A stretch of DNA of 64,000 nt from Syntrophales bacterium (GTDB taxonomy: Bacteria; Desulfobacterota; Syntrophia; Syntrophales; UBA2210), in assembly GCA_963662405.2 (NCBI GenBank), contig CAXXKT010000003.1, forward strand, positions 32,001 through 96,000, written 5' to 3'. Made by a program: the position numbers and the translations under genes. Under the pieces are notes generated by a model. That model saw only the letters and a list, made by a program, of their open reading frames with translations. It was not told the DNA's origin and did not search any database. The first letter of the stretch is position 1. Each line of letters begins with the position of its first letter. This document shows, piece by piece, positions 13,275 through 22,651 of the stretch.

Positions 13275-14606
13275 TTACAGTACCGGGAGGTACGTCTCTA
13301 TTTCATAGTTGCTGACGTGTGTCCGATACCGATCCCACTCGATTTTTTTGTTGGCGGTGAACTTTTCGAAGATGTGATCACCCAGCGCCTCTCGCACGAC
13401 ATCGCTCTTTTCCGTGATGGCGATGGCCTCTCCCAGACTCCCGGGGAGGGAACCGATCCCGTTTGCCTCGCGTTCGGCCGCACTCATCTCGAAGATATCC
13501 TCTTCAACCGGATCGGGGAGTGTGTATCCTTCCTCGATTCCTTTCAATCCCGCTGCCAACATCACCGCGAAGGCGAGGTAGGGATTGCAGGCCGGATCGG
13601 GACAGCGGAACTCCATCCGTGTGGCGTTTGCCTTGCCCGGTTTATACATGGGGACCCGGATGAGGGCGGAGCGGTTTCTTCGTGCCCATGAGATATAGAC
13701 GGGGGCCTCGTATCCCGGAACCAGCCGCTTATAGGAGTTGACCCACTGGGCCACGATGGCTGAAAGCTCTTTCGCGTGTCTGAGCAGGCCCGCGATATAG
13801 CTCTTTCCCGCCTTCGACAGATAGTATTTGTCTCCCGGATCGAAGAAGGCGTTTCCCCCTTCGCCAAAGAGAGACTGGTGGACATGCATCCCGCTCCCGT
13901 TCTCGCCGAAGATGGGTTTCGGCATGAAGGTGGCGTAAACGCCGTGCTTCATAGCCATCTCCTTGACCGTGAGGCGGTACGTCATCGCCGCGTCGGCCAT
14001 GGCAAGGGCGTCGGTGTAACGGAGGTCGATTTCATGCTGGCTCGGTGCCACCTCGTGATGGCTGTACTCGACAATGATCCCCATGGACTCGAGGGCCTTG
14101 ATCGTATCGCGTCTGAGATCACTGGCGACATCGAGGGGGGTCAGGTCGAAATATCCTCCCCGATCGAGGATCTCGGTCCCCTCGGCGTTCTTGAAATAAA
14201 AGAATTCGAGTTCCGGCCCCACCTGCATGGTGTACCCCATTTCGGCGGCCCGTTTCAGGTTTCTCCTGAGCGCCCACCGGGGATCTCCCTCGTAGGGAGT
14301 ACCATCCGGCTTCAGGATGTCGCAAAACATGCGAGCGACATTTTCATCCCCGCTGGCCCGCCAGGGGAGAATGGTGAAGGTGTTCGAATCGGGCATTGCC
14401 ACCATGTCACTCTCCTCGATCCTCGCGAATCCCTCGATAGACGAGCCGTCGAACCCCATTCCCTCTTCAAATGCAAGCTCCAGTTCACGGGGGGAGATGG
14501 AAAAACTCTTGAGAAAGCCGAGGACATCGGTAAACCACAGACGGACGAACCGTACGTTTTGTTCCTTGATCTGCTTCAAGACGTATTCTTTGTCTTTGCC
14601 GGCCAT
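13275..14606 (-). CDS. glnA: Glutamine synthetase type I (alpha-type length, 443 aa)
   Basis: FDGSSIEGF, GPELEFF, HHEVAPSQHEI, FMPKPIFGENGSGMHVH, KRLVPGYEAP, RNRSALIRVP, EFRCPDP. Start placed at ATG 14606 after AGGAG. Confidence 0.97.
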   Translation of the reverse strand: MAGKDKEYVLKQIKEQNVRFVRLWFTDVLGFLKSFSISPRELELAFEEGMGFDGSSIEGFARIEESDMVAMPDSNTFTILPWRASGDENVARMFCDILKPDGTPYEGDPRWALRRNLKRAAEMGYTMQVGPELEFFYFKNAEGTEILDRGGYFDLTPLDVASDLRRDTIKALESMGIIVEYSHHEVAPSQHEIDLRYTDALAMADAAMTYRLTVKEMAMKHGVYATFMPKPIFGENGSGMHVHQSLFGEGGNAFFDPGDKYYLSKAGKSYIAGLLRHAKELSAIVAQWVNSYKRLVPGYEAPVYISWARRNRSALIRVPMYKPGKANATRMEFRCPDPACNPYLAFAVMLAAGLKGIEEGYTLPDPVEEDIFEMSAAEREANGIGSLPGSLGEAIAITEKSDVVREALGDHIFEKFTANKKIEWDRYRTHVSNYEIETYLPVL

Positions 14607-14653
14607 TTCTTGCTTCTCTCCTGTTGGACACGTTGTCGTCACGGGTAGGATAC

Positions 14654-14669
14654 AGCAACATCGATGCCA
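14654..14669 (-). promoter_or_regulatory. Sigma54 (-24/-12) promoter of glnA
   Basis: Minus strand TGGCAT-CGATG-TTGCT matches TGGCAC-N5-TTGCW, ~50 nt upstream of the glnA start and next to a sigma54 activator gene. Confidence 0.85.
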
Positions 14670-14767
14670 GCACTGGTTGGCGGGGGGAATTTATGCTATC
14701 TATTTGATATATATAAATATTCTTCAGAAGGATTCCGTAACGGATCTTCCCGGTATTGGGCAACAGC

Positions 14768-14781
14768 CTACATATTTGTAG
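14768..14781. promoter_or_regulatory. Putative upstream activator site CTACA-N4-TGTAG
   Basis: Palindrome CTACATATTTGTAG ~100 bp upstream of the -24 element, with an AT-rich IHF-like tract (~14695-14720) in between; a near-identical site lies at 16412-16425. Confidence 0.55.
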
Positions 14782-14803
14782 CATGAAACTTTTAAGACTA
14801 CCC

Positions 14804-16387
14804 CTATGTCCGAAATCGCCTGGGGTTGATCTCGTATTTGTTGATGCGCAATCCCATGATCCTTTCGGTGATACCGAGACTCTTGGCGGCCTTGGCTATA
14901 TTGCCGCGGGAGGTCTTGAGGGCGTCCATGATCAGGTCGTATTCCAGGTGATCCAGCTCTTCCTGCAGGGTGCCGCTAAAGGAGGTACCCGAATATCCGG
15001 ATGTCTGCAGTGACGGAGGGAGGTGATATCCGTAGATGACACCATCGCTGCTCAGGAGGGAGGCCCGTTCGATGCAGTTCTCGAGTTCCCGGACGTTTCC
15101 CGGCCAGTGGTAGCTCATGAACATGTCCAGGGCATGGGTACAGATGCGGGAGATTTGTTTGTTGTTGATCTGCGAGTATCGCTCAACGAAAAAATCAGCC
15201 AGATGGGGAATGTCGGTTTTTCGCTCGCGCAGGGGAGGGATGTAGATGGGGAATACGTTCAGACGATAAAAGAGGTCTTCCCTGAATTGTCCTTCCGCCA
15301 TCAGTTGCTCCAGGTTACGGTTTGTCGCGGCGATGATCCGGACATCCGTCTTGATGGGAGCAGTTCCTCCCACCCGCTCGAACTCCCTCTCCTGCAAGAC
15401 GCGCAGGAGTCTGACCTGCACGGCGGGTGAAAAGTCGCCGACCTCGTCGAGAAAAATGGTTCCCCCGGAGGCCAGTTCAAAACGGCCCTTTCTCTGGGAG
15501 ATGGCGCCGGTGAAGGACCCTTTTTCATGTCCGAAAAGTTCGCTTTCGAGGACGGTCTCGGGGAGGGCAGCACAATTGACCTTGATAAAGGGTTTCTGAG
15601 CCCTGAGGCTGTTGTAGTGGATGGCGTTGGCCACCAGTTCCTTTCCCGTTCCGCTCTCTCCCCGGATCACGACTGTCGCTTGGCTTTTGGACACCTGTGC
15701 TATGAGCTGGTATACCTCCTGCATTCCCTTTGACTTGCCGATGATGTTGGCGGGATGAAATCGCTCCTTGAGTTCGTTCTGGAGGCGCAGATTTTCCTGG
15801 ATCAGCATTTCGCGCTCTTCCTGAGCCTCTTGGCGGAGACGAACGGCCTGTGCGATCATGGATGCAATCAGGGTCAGGAGACGCATATCCTTTTTGAGCA
15901 AGATGCTTTCATCGAAAACGCGATCGGCACTCAGGGTACCAATCACCTCTCGTCCCAGCTTGATGGGGACACAGATGAAGGAGATATCGTGCTTGTCGAT
16001 ATCTTTACGGGATCCGGTACGGTCGAGGAAAAGTGGTTCATCCGATATGTGTGGTATGATAACGGCCTTACCGGTCTCCACGACCTTTCCGGTGACACCT
16101 TCCCCTACCTGGTATTTTCCGCGTCTCTTTTCTATTTCGGAGAGGCCGTGCGCGGCCTCTATGTAAATTTCCCCGCTCTTCCGGTTCAAGAGCGTCAGCG
16201 TGCCGTGCGACATACCGACACGCTCCGCCAGGGTATTGAGGACAGGACCGACCACCTCGCGGATATCCATGCTCCGGCCCAAGGCCTGGCTTATCTCCCA
16301 CAGGAGCGAAAGCTCTTCGATCTCTCGTGCCCTGGATTGTTCCTTTATGCTCTGAGCCTGTTTCATAACACCATGCCTGTTCCCCAT
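14804..16387 (-). CDS. NifA-like sigma54 enhancer-binding protein (GAF-AAA+-HTH)
   Basis: GAF region ([15 protein letters not shown]), [52 protein letters not shown]-terminal Fis-type HTH. Confidence 0.93.
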   Translation of the reverse strand: MGNRHGVMKQAQSIKEQSRAREIEELSLLWEISQALGRSMDIREVVGPVLNTLAERVGMSHGTLTLLNRKSGEIYIEAAHGLSEIEKRRGKYQVGEGVTGKVVETGKAVIIPHISDEPLFLDRTGSRKDIDKHDISFICVPIKLGREVIGTLSADRVFDESILLKKDMRLLTLIASMIAQAVRLRQEAQEEREMLIQENLRLQNELKERFHPANIIGKSKGMQEVYQLIAQVSKSQATVVIRGESGTGKELVANAIHYNSLRAQKPFIKVNCAALPETVLESELFGHEKGSFTGAISQRKGRFELASGGTIFLDEVGDFSPAVQVRLLRVLQEREFERVGGTAPIKTDVRIIAATNRNLEQLMAEGQFREDLFYRLNVFPIYIPPLRERKTDIPHLADFFVERYSQINNKQISRICTHALDMFMSYHWPGNVRELENCIERASLLSSDGVIYGYHLPPSLQTSGYSGTSFSGTLQEELDHLEYDLIMDALKTSRGNIAKAAKSLGITERIMGLRINKYEINPRRFRT

Positions 16388-16411
16388 TCGATGGCCTTCT
16401 TGATCGCAATA

Positions 16412-16425
16412 TTACAATATTGTAG
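16412..16425. promoter_or_regulatory. Putative autoregulatory site upstream of the activator gene
   Basis: TTACAATATTGTAG contains the perfect palindrome TACAATATTGTA, with the same TACA-N4-TGTA core as 14768-14781. Confidence 0.5.
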
Positions 16426-16622
16426 GATTTGGCTGCCCCAAAGTCAAGGCGAACTTGAACATGACCCTGCTGTCAACAGGTTGGATCCGACAACCGGCGT
16501 GCGCTTTGCGGGAGAAAACAGTTAAAATATGTTGATTTATCATGCATCTACGCTTTTTTGGGGGAGTAACGTGCAGGCGAATTCAACGGCCAAAAAGCTG
16601 ACAGGACCGATGCTGCAGGCGC

Positions 16623-16897
16623 ATGCCAAGGGATCGTATCTGGGATACGTCTAGCTTGTCCGTGGATGAGACCGGTCACTTAGAAGCTCATGGGAAAAAT
16701 ATATCTCTGGACGAATCGGTTCCGATGGATGAAAAGATCGTTGCCGTCACGGGGGTCGATATTCAAAAAACCCTTGACGAAGAGAAATTAAGATCCCTCG
16801 AAAAACAGCGGAGAGATGTGAAAGAACTGCAAAAATTAACACCGGAGGGATACATGCAAAAACTTCTCGGAGAGCAGAGAGGAGGAAAAAACAGTGA
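16623..16897 (+). CDS. Small hypothetical protein or gene remnant
   Basis: Charged helical sequence (QKTLDEEKLRSLEKQRRDVKELQKL). One extra A in the A6 run at 16886-16891 would stop it at a GTGA overlap with the next gene. Confidence 0.35.
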
Positions 16898-17316
16898 AAA
16901 GAAGTTATCTGATCATTATCAACATCGTTATGCTGCTCACATTTGTTGTGGTGTTCGTCGCATGTTCCCGCGGGGGGAGCGAAGAATCTCTGGAGAAGAG
17001 GGTCACACAGGCATGGGACGCAAGGATGAACGCCGATGGCGATGCCCTGTATGCCCTCACCACGGATTCGTATAAAGAAACGGTACCCAAGGACTCTTTC
17101 GTGTAGGAGACCAATGTCAACCTGAAGGGATTTTCCATAGAGAAGATCGAGATTGATGAGAAAGGAACCAGGGCTGTCACCCACGTGAATATCGATATCG
17201 AGCAGAAGGGATTCGATTTTACCTTTCCCATTAAAGAAAAGTGGCTATGGGAGGGAGATGGCTGGTACCTTGCCCTCAACCCTGACTCGAATAATGCAAT
17301 CCGTCCGCAGAAGTAG
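16894..17316 (+). pseudogene. Putative lipoprotein (NTF2-like appearance) interrupted by an in-frame TAG at 17104-17106
   Basis: GGAGG RBS, signal peptide ending FVAC; after the TAG the same frame continues ETNVNLKGFSIEKIEID...EKWLWEGDGWYL...QK to TAG 17314-17316. Confidence 0.7.
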
Positions 17317-17381
17317 TTCCTGAAAGGGAATCCCTCGTTCACCCCCATGCGATCAGTATGCAGGTGCTCGTCGGAAGTGCC

Positions 17382-17420
17382 AAAAAAGAGCGAGCCCGGC
17401 CTGTTTGAAAGGCCGGGCTT
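17382..17420 (-). terminator. Rho-independent terminator between convergent genes
   Basis: 10-bp stem AGCCCGGCCT/AGGCCGGGCT (17393-17419), followed on the minus strand by CGCTCTTTTTT. Confidence 0.65.
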
Positions 17421-17576
17421 CATTGTTCTATGAGAGGCATGCCCCTCTCGTTGTGTGTGTTATATCCCGTACGACTCCCGATGCATGTTCTCTTTGCTTC
17501 TCCCTGAAGGGGCTTGCCCGGCGCCCTGCAGTGAACCACACCGCGCACGCACCGTTGCCGGGCCATTCCGATCAGG

Positions 17577-17954
17577 CTATACAAGCCGTTTTGCCCCGGT
17601 GTAGACCTCCGCTATCTTGAGGACTGCGGCGGCATGCCCCGGGTGTTCTTTCGGGTTCCACTGTTTCATGTCCTCAAAAAAGACCCCTTCCGTATGATAT
17701 TCGATGGACCCCTTGAGTTGATATGCCTTGCCGTCCGGGGTGATAAAGAGGATAGAGCCCCTGGTTCCCCCATGGATATTCTTTCGGGTCTTGTCAAAAT
17801 AGTTGTCCGCGATCACGATGGTTTGTTCATCGAACCGCCTTACACAGGTGGCATAGATGGTATTGGGAATTCCTTTTTCGTCTACCGTGGCCAATATAAC
17901 CGGCCCCGTCCGTTCATCCCATGCTGTGCTTACTTCCTCCGACAGTACTGACAT
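17577..17954 (-). CDS. Pyridoxamine 5'-phosphate oxidase-family FMN-binding protein
   Basis: ILATVDEKGIPN, IADNYFDKTRKNI, YQLKG; start at ATG 17954 after GGAGG. Confidence 0.85.
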   Translation of the reverse strand: MSVLSEEVSTAWDERTGPVILATVDEKGIPNTIYATCVRRFDEQTIVIADNYFDKTRKNIHGGTRGSILFITPDGKAYQLKGSIEYHTEGVFFEDMKQWNPKEHPGHAAAVLKIAEVYTGAKRLV

Positions 17955-18010
17955 ATGTTCCTCCTTCGGTGTTGTATGTATTTGAAAACGCACCTTGCCT
18001 GTGCGTGTTT

Positions 18011-18490
18011 CTATTTGAAGCGGTCATCCGATCGCCGGTGCGAGACGGTTCGCCGGGCCTCCTCGAGCCAGCCGGTCCGTATCTCCCCGCGCGCCTCGAA
18101 CTCGGGGATGTAGGGCTTGATATCGAGGAGCGGGGTGCCGTCGAGGATATCCAGATCCTGAATGGAGAGCACTCCTCCTTCGATCCCGTCGAGACGAACG
18201 ATGGAAAGACCGATCGAATTTGGTCGCCGGGGTGCCCGGGTGGCGAAGAGACCCCGCGGTCTTGAATCCATGAACGGCACGACGTGGTTCTTAAATCCGC
18301 TGCTGCGATGCAGATGATAGAGGAGAATGATGTGTGAGAAGCCGTCGAGGTCCGCAAGACCTGCCCGGAAATCCTCGAACACCTCAATCGTCCCTTTCAC
18401 CCCGGCACCCCCCGCCGGCTGGATCGGCATTCCTTCTCGTTGTGTAAAGGGGGTGTGGATAATACCAATTGGCTCATATTCGATCTTCAT
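18011..18490 (-). CDS. tsaA: tRNA m6t6A37 methyltransferase TsaA/TrmO family
   Basis: PIGIIHTPF, GLADLDGFSHI, RGLFATRAPRRPNSIGLS, LDILDGTPLLDIKPY. Confidence 0.92.
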   Translation of the reverse strand: MKIEYEPIGIIHTPFTQREGMPIQPAGGAGVKGTIEVFEDFRAGLADLDGFSHIILLYHLHRSSGFKNHVVPFMDSRPRGLFATRAPRRPNSIGLSIVRLDGIEGGVLSIQDLDILDGTPLLDIKPYIPEFEARGEIRTGWLEEARRTVSHRRSDDRFK

Positions 18491-18619
18491 TGCCTCACCG
18501 TTCTGTCCTATTCAGGAGGCCATGTCGCCGTTTCGTTCTCTCTCGGAGACCCAAACGAAGCGATTGTCTGTCATCAAGGAGTATCACACGGACACGAGAA
18601 CGCCTGTCCTGGACATCCC

Positions 18620-19411
18620 CTATGATTTCAGATCCCGGGGCAACGGACCCAGTATGAGTCGTTGCGGATCTACCTGCGTTCTCAGGATGTCAAGTTCTTC
18701 CTCGCTCGGTTCCGCCGCAGGTCGTGCACGGGAGATGTCGAGGTCAAAACCGGTGGATGCGGCAACCGTTCGGGGCGTCGTAAAGGGATAGTATTCCGCC
18801 AGGTACATCATCCTGGTCACCTCGTCGAATTTCATGACGCCGAGATTGGTTACTACCGCCAGGGGACCTCCCCGCGTGAAACCGGCTTTCGCCCGGGAAT
18901 CCCCTCCGCGTAACCAGCCCGGACTGGTGAAGTAGTCGAGTTTTTCGACAAAGCGTTTGGCCTCGTTTCTCATGAATACGATCACGCCGGATGCCATGCT
19001 GGCCGCATCGCACCCCCCCCCGGAGCCGGGAAATCGCTCGACGGGATCTTCATAGGTTCCCAATAAGGTGGAATTCAGATTGCCGTAACAGTCGATCTGG
19101 GCTGCTCCCAAGAAGGCGATAACCTGTAATCGCGGATGACCGAGGAAACTTAACGCCTCGACCAGCCCCGAATTGAGGGAAGATCCCGTCATGACCCGCG
19201 AGTCTGCGACGGCAAGTGGCAACTCGTCCAGGGATGGATCGATCCCCCCTGTTTCAAAAAACACCACGGATTCAGGGGCATGGATTCGTTTCGCGACCGT
19301 TGCCGCGAGCATGCTGAGTCCGGTCCCGGCGAACAGGATGTCGCCGTTTTTGACCAACCGGCCCGCGCACAGTGCCATGACCTCATTTTCGGTATATCCG
19401 TATCCATCCAT
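18620..19411 (-). CDS. CoA-transferase beta subunit (glutaconate/3-oxoadipate CoA-transferase family)
   Basis: FAGTGL, FFETG (catalytic Glu), FLGAAQIDCYGNLNST, PGSGGGCD, FVEKLDYFTSPG. Confidence 0.92.
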   Translation of the reverse strand: MDGYGYTENEVMALCAGRLVKNGDILFAGTGLSMLAATVAKRIHAPESVVFFETGGIDPSLDELPLAVADSRVMTGSSLNSGLVEALSFLGHPRLQVIAFLGAAQIDCYGNLNSTLLGTYEDPVERFPGSGGGCDAASMASGVIVFMRNEAKRFVEKLDYFTSPGWLRGGDSRAKAGFTRGGPLAVVTNLGVMKFDEVTRMMYLAEYYPFTTPRTVAASTGFDLDISRARPAAEPSEEELDILRTQVDPQRLILGPLPRDLKS

Positions 19412-19419
19412 TGCCGTGC

Positions 19420-20373
19420 CTATCGCCTATCCAGCATGGGTGCGTATCCCCGCTCCGGGTCCGCCTTTATCTTCGCAAGGGTGTCCCACCCGACCTTTTC
19501 CAGGTAGTCTTCCTGTGTCTCAAAGGGATAGATCCATTCATCGAGATACCTGCGGAAGAGATCGTCATCCTGCGCCACCGCCTTGAACATATTGAGATGC
19601 AGGGAATCGTAGTCATAAAAACGGTAACACGCTGTCGGGTGAGCACCCAGCGGCGTCGGAATAACGGCATCAACCAGAAACGGCGGGAGACAATTTTTCG
19701 AAGGGTCCCGTCGAATATCCTCGGTTGAAAGGATCTGTTCGCATGAGATCAGGACATGCCGGGCGGCCTTCGCCTGTTCAATGTCCGCAAAGGAAAGACC
19801 CTCTATGCGAATCGTCCCGTCTTCTCCCGCATACTGCGTGTGCAGTATCGTCACATCCGGATTCAGCGGCTGGAGGGCGACAACGTCACTGCTTCCGAAC
19901 GGATTCCTGATGAGTTTGAGTTTATGGGCAGGGACCTTCCCGGTCCCCCTGCTTTCTTTCGAAAAGCCCGAAAGCCGGGTTATGTCCGTTTCGAGTCCGG
20001 ACGTGGTGGCGATAAAGGGCAACCCCATGGCTCCTGCCAGAAAGCGCAACGTCATCTGGTAGTTCGTATAGTCCTCCACCTCGATCGTTTTTTCTTTGAA
20101 GGCCCTTTTGAATCGATACCCGGTCGGGGCGAATCGGGCGACACCGCCGTACGCCAGCTCGATCCTCTTGACACATCCCGCTCCGATCAACAATTCCAAG
20201 GCCTGTCCCTGGGAGTGGACCACCAGATAAAGATCCTTTTTATCCTGCCTGATGATCTCGCGGATGACGCTCATCGGATTGCGGTTCACGGTAAAACCGC
20301 CCAAGGCAATCTGGTCTCCGTCGTGGATATATCGGCGCACCGCCTCCGCAGTGGACGTGCGTTTTTCAACCAT
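19420..20373 (-). CDS. CoA-transferase alpha subunit (GctA-like)
   Basis: IHDGDQIALGGF, LLIGAGCV, EDYTNY, RFLAGAMGLPF, PDVTILH, GAHPTAC. Confidence 0.92.
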   Translation of the reverse strand: MVEKRTSTAEAVRRYIHDGDQIALGGFTVNRNPMSVIREIIRQDKKDLYLVVHSQGQALELLIGAGCVKRIELAYGGVARFAPTGYRFKRAFKEKTIEVEDYTNYQMTLRFLAGAMGLPFIATTSGLETDITRLSGFSKESRGTGKVPAHKLKLIRNPFGSSDVVALQPLNPDVTILHTQYAGEDGTIRIEGLSFADIEQAKAARHVLISCEQILSTEDIRRDPSKNCLPPFLVDAVIPTPLGAHPTACYRFYDYDSLHLNMFKAVAQDDDLFRRYLDEWIYPFETQEDYLEKVGWDTLAKIKADPERGYAPMLDRR

Positions 20374-20399
20374 AGAGGCATTCCCTTCCAAAAAAAGTG

Positions 20400-20428
20400 A
20401 CGATATCATGTGATACAGCCTATGTAAA
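20400..20428 (-). promoter_or_regulatory. Putative sigma70 promoter of the CoA-transferase operon
   Basis: TTTACA-17 nt-TATCGT with extended -10 TG, ~27 nt upstream of ATG 20373. Confidence 0.45.
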
Positions 20429-20588
20429 GACGAAGAGGGGTTTCCCCTTTTGACTATTGTCCTCCTCTGTCATGAGTTCTCCATATCCCCTGCCGGTCCT
20501 GGGAAGGAAATGAACCACGATGATCGTTCCCGAACAGATGCCGAAGAAAGCGCGAGCATGCAATCCAGAGATAAAGGAGTCGACCCTC

Positions 20589-20984
20589 CATGTTAAACTC
20601 CTGCCTCTCTTTTGGCATAACGGGCCCACGGCCCATGAAAATCCCCAGTCGCCGCCGGTGGAGAATCATTTTTCTTGTCCGAAAAGTTCGCTTTCGAGGA
20701 CGGTCTCGGGGAGGGCCGCACAATTGGCCTTGATAAAGAGCTTTTGGGCCCTGAGGCTGTTGGAGTGGATGGCGTTGGCCACCAGTTCCTTTCCCGTTCC
20801 GCTCTCTCCCCGGATCACGACGGTCGCCTGGCTTTTGGACACCCTGCGCTATGGGCTGGTATACCCCCTGCATCCCCTTGGATTCTCCAATGATGTCAGC
20901 TGGATGAAATCGCTCCTTGGGTTCGTTCTGGAGGCGCAGATTTTCCTGGATCAGCATTTCGCGCTCTTCCTGAGCCTCCTGGCG
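20589..20984 (-). repeat. Degenerate chimeric copy of 12503-12570 joined to 15505-15835 (activator / GATase-gltB1 junction relic)
   Basis: Manual alignment: 5 differences in 68 nt for the first segment, and ~25 differences (including 1 indel) in ~316 nt for 20669-20984 vs 15521-15835; joined at a shared CGCC. Confidence 0.93.
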
Positions 20985-21147
20985 TTCACCTTCCGGAACG
21001 GATGTGCCGCCTTCGGTATTGCCGCGTCCATGGCCATCCGTGTCGGTCACCCGAAAGCGGAGGACCGTGCTGATCACCCCGTTGCGGATTGTCCGTACAT
21101 TGACGGTTTTTTAAACCCTGAAGGACGCCGATGGAAATGCCGGTTGA

Positions 21148-22047
21148 TTAGGGTGAGTGGATTGTTGCCAGGAGGAAAAGCGTACCGAAAGAAAAGATAG
21201 TGATTCCTGATAGGAATCCAAGGATACGCTCTGTAACCGCTGCTTGATTTTTAGTCGTTACGCGCAAGATTCCCTCCTTTCCCGCAGTGACGGCGATAAT
21301 AAAAAGGGAGATGGTCGCCGCCATTCCAAGACAAATACAGAGGGTCAAAAGCAGGCCCAGTGCCAGGGCGTCCATGGAGAGACAGAACAGCATCACCATT
21401 ACAACACCGGGACAGGGTATCAATCCCACGGCAAGAGCCCACGGCAACAGCCCCCGTGACTCTTCCTTCGGATCCGATGGGGTGGCCTGTGAACGTGTCT
21501 TCGAAAACAACGACCATCCCTGTCTGATCACGATACCCATCCCGAGCAGGGTGATCAGTCCGAAGCTGATAACCTGGGTTACATGGGTAACTGTCTGCAA
21601 CGGCCCTGAGACACTCATCTGGAGTATATAGTGCAATATGAGCATACAGATCGCACCGGACAACCCGTGAAAAAAAGCGATACCGCCCCCGAGCCGCAGT
21701 CCGGTGACGATTGAGGGGGTACGCGACATCATGTAGGACATGGCGATCGCTTTGCCGTGTCCCGGTCCGGCCGCATGGATGGCGCCGTATCCCAGAGCAA
21801 TGAGCAGGACGGCGATGAAGGGGATGATGTCCTTTCCTGTCCTGACCTGGCGAATCAATCCCGCCATCTTTTGCTTGAGGGCCTGCTGGTACAGCGCAAT
21901 CTTCGTGAGAAGCGAGGCGTGCGGTGGGGCCTTCCGTACCGTATGGTCGGGAACCGGTGTGGCATGAAACGGATTTCCCTCTCCGGCAGCCGTGACCGGG
22001 CAGGTCAGTTGAAAAAGAATAACCAGCAAGATTGCTGTCCTAATCAT
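21148..22047 (-). CDS. RcnA/HoxN-family Ni/Co transporter
   Basis: YGAIHAAGPGHGKA, FFHGLS, GLIPCPG; multiple TM helices. Confidence 0.88.
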   Translation of the reverse strand: MIRTAILLVILFQLTCPVTAAGEGNPFHATPVPDHTVRKAPPHASLLTKIALYQQALKQKMAGLIRQVRTGKDIIPFIAVLLIALGYGAIHAAGPGHGKAIAMSYMMSRTPSIVTGLRLGGGIAFFHGLSGAICMLILHYILQMSVSGPLQTVTHVTQVISFGLITLLGMGIVIRQGWSLFSKTRSQATPSDPKEESRGLLPWALAVGLIPCPGVVMVMLFCLSMDALALGLLLTLCICLGMAATISLFIIAVTAGKEGILRVTTKNQAAVTERILGFLSGITIFSFGTLFLLATIHSP

Positions 22048-22651
22048 TTTTTTGTTTAAACCTCACCTTGATTTCTTCCGGGTATATCTGTCCGTAGTAG
22101 TACGCTTTGTCCGAATTTGTCTCGATGCTCTGTTCGATTTGATAGGGGGCGCCGTTTTCATACGTCACCGGATCTTCGCTGAGGAAGACGCTACAGTAAA
22201 AGGTGCGATCATAGACGGAGAGGCATACCTCCTTGAATGTCCCTGTCGCGCGGATATGGCACGGCACAAAGAATCGGTAAATCATGGTGTCTTCCATAAT
22301 ATCCGCTGAAAAATCGGTTACGTATTTCACCTTGAACAGGGCGTCGCCTATCGTGATATGGACGAAGTAGTCGAAGTGACGAAGATTTGAGAAGGCACCC
22401 TTCCTCAGGCTTTCTCCTTCGGATGCTTCGAACCGGCCATTGCCGTTCGTGTCAAAATCGTGGATCATCATGCTGCTGAACATCTCGTCAAATACCCATG
22501 TGATCTTGAAACCCGTGATACCCTTTTCGTCGAAGACCACGGTGACGGTGCTGTCGAAAAAGACATGAGGGTGAGACCATGATACACCCCTGAATCCTAA
22601 CAGGAGCATAAGAGCCAATAACCCGACAGGGAGGATGTCTCGGCACCTCAT
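22040..22651 (-). CDS. DUF1007-family periplasmic protein
   Basis: Signal peptide, then HPHVF, WVFDEMFS, VYDRTFY; overlaps the RcnA-like gene, as is typical. Confidence 0.85.
   Translation of the reverse strand: MRCRDILPVGLLALMLLLGFRGVSWSHPHVFFDSTVTVVFDEKGITGFKITWVFDEMFSSMMIHDFDTNGNGRFEASEGESLRKGAFSNLRHFDYFVHITIGDALFKVKYVTDFSADIMEDTMIYRFFVPCHIRATGTFKEVCLSVYDRTFYCSVFLSEDPVTYENGAPYQIEQSIETNSDKAYYYGQIYPEEIKVRFKQKND

Noticed and set aside
9921..14606. GS plus split GltB subunits as an N-methylglutamate (GmaS/MgsABC) or glutamyl-amine pathway
   Set aside because: The GS keeps canonical ammonium-site motifs (FDGSS, GGYFD, PGYEAP), and the Glt set includes a GltD-like reductase, which fits ordinary GS-GOGAT.
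20420..21110. ORFs 20454-21077 and 20420-20629 as real genes; UbiD-like (MAMDAAIP) or MFS-tail remnants in the flanks
   Set aside because: The ORFs are by-products of the chimeric duplication, and the flank similarities are too short to support.
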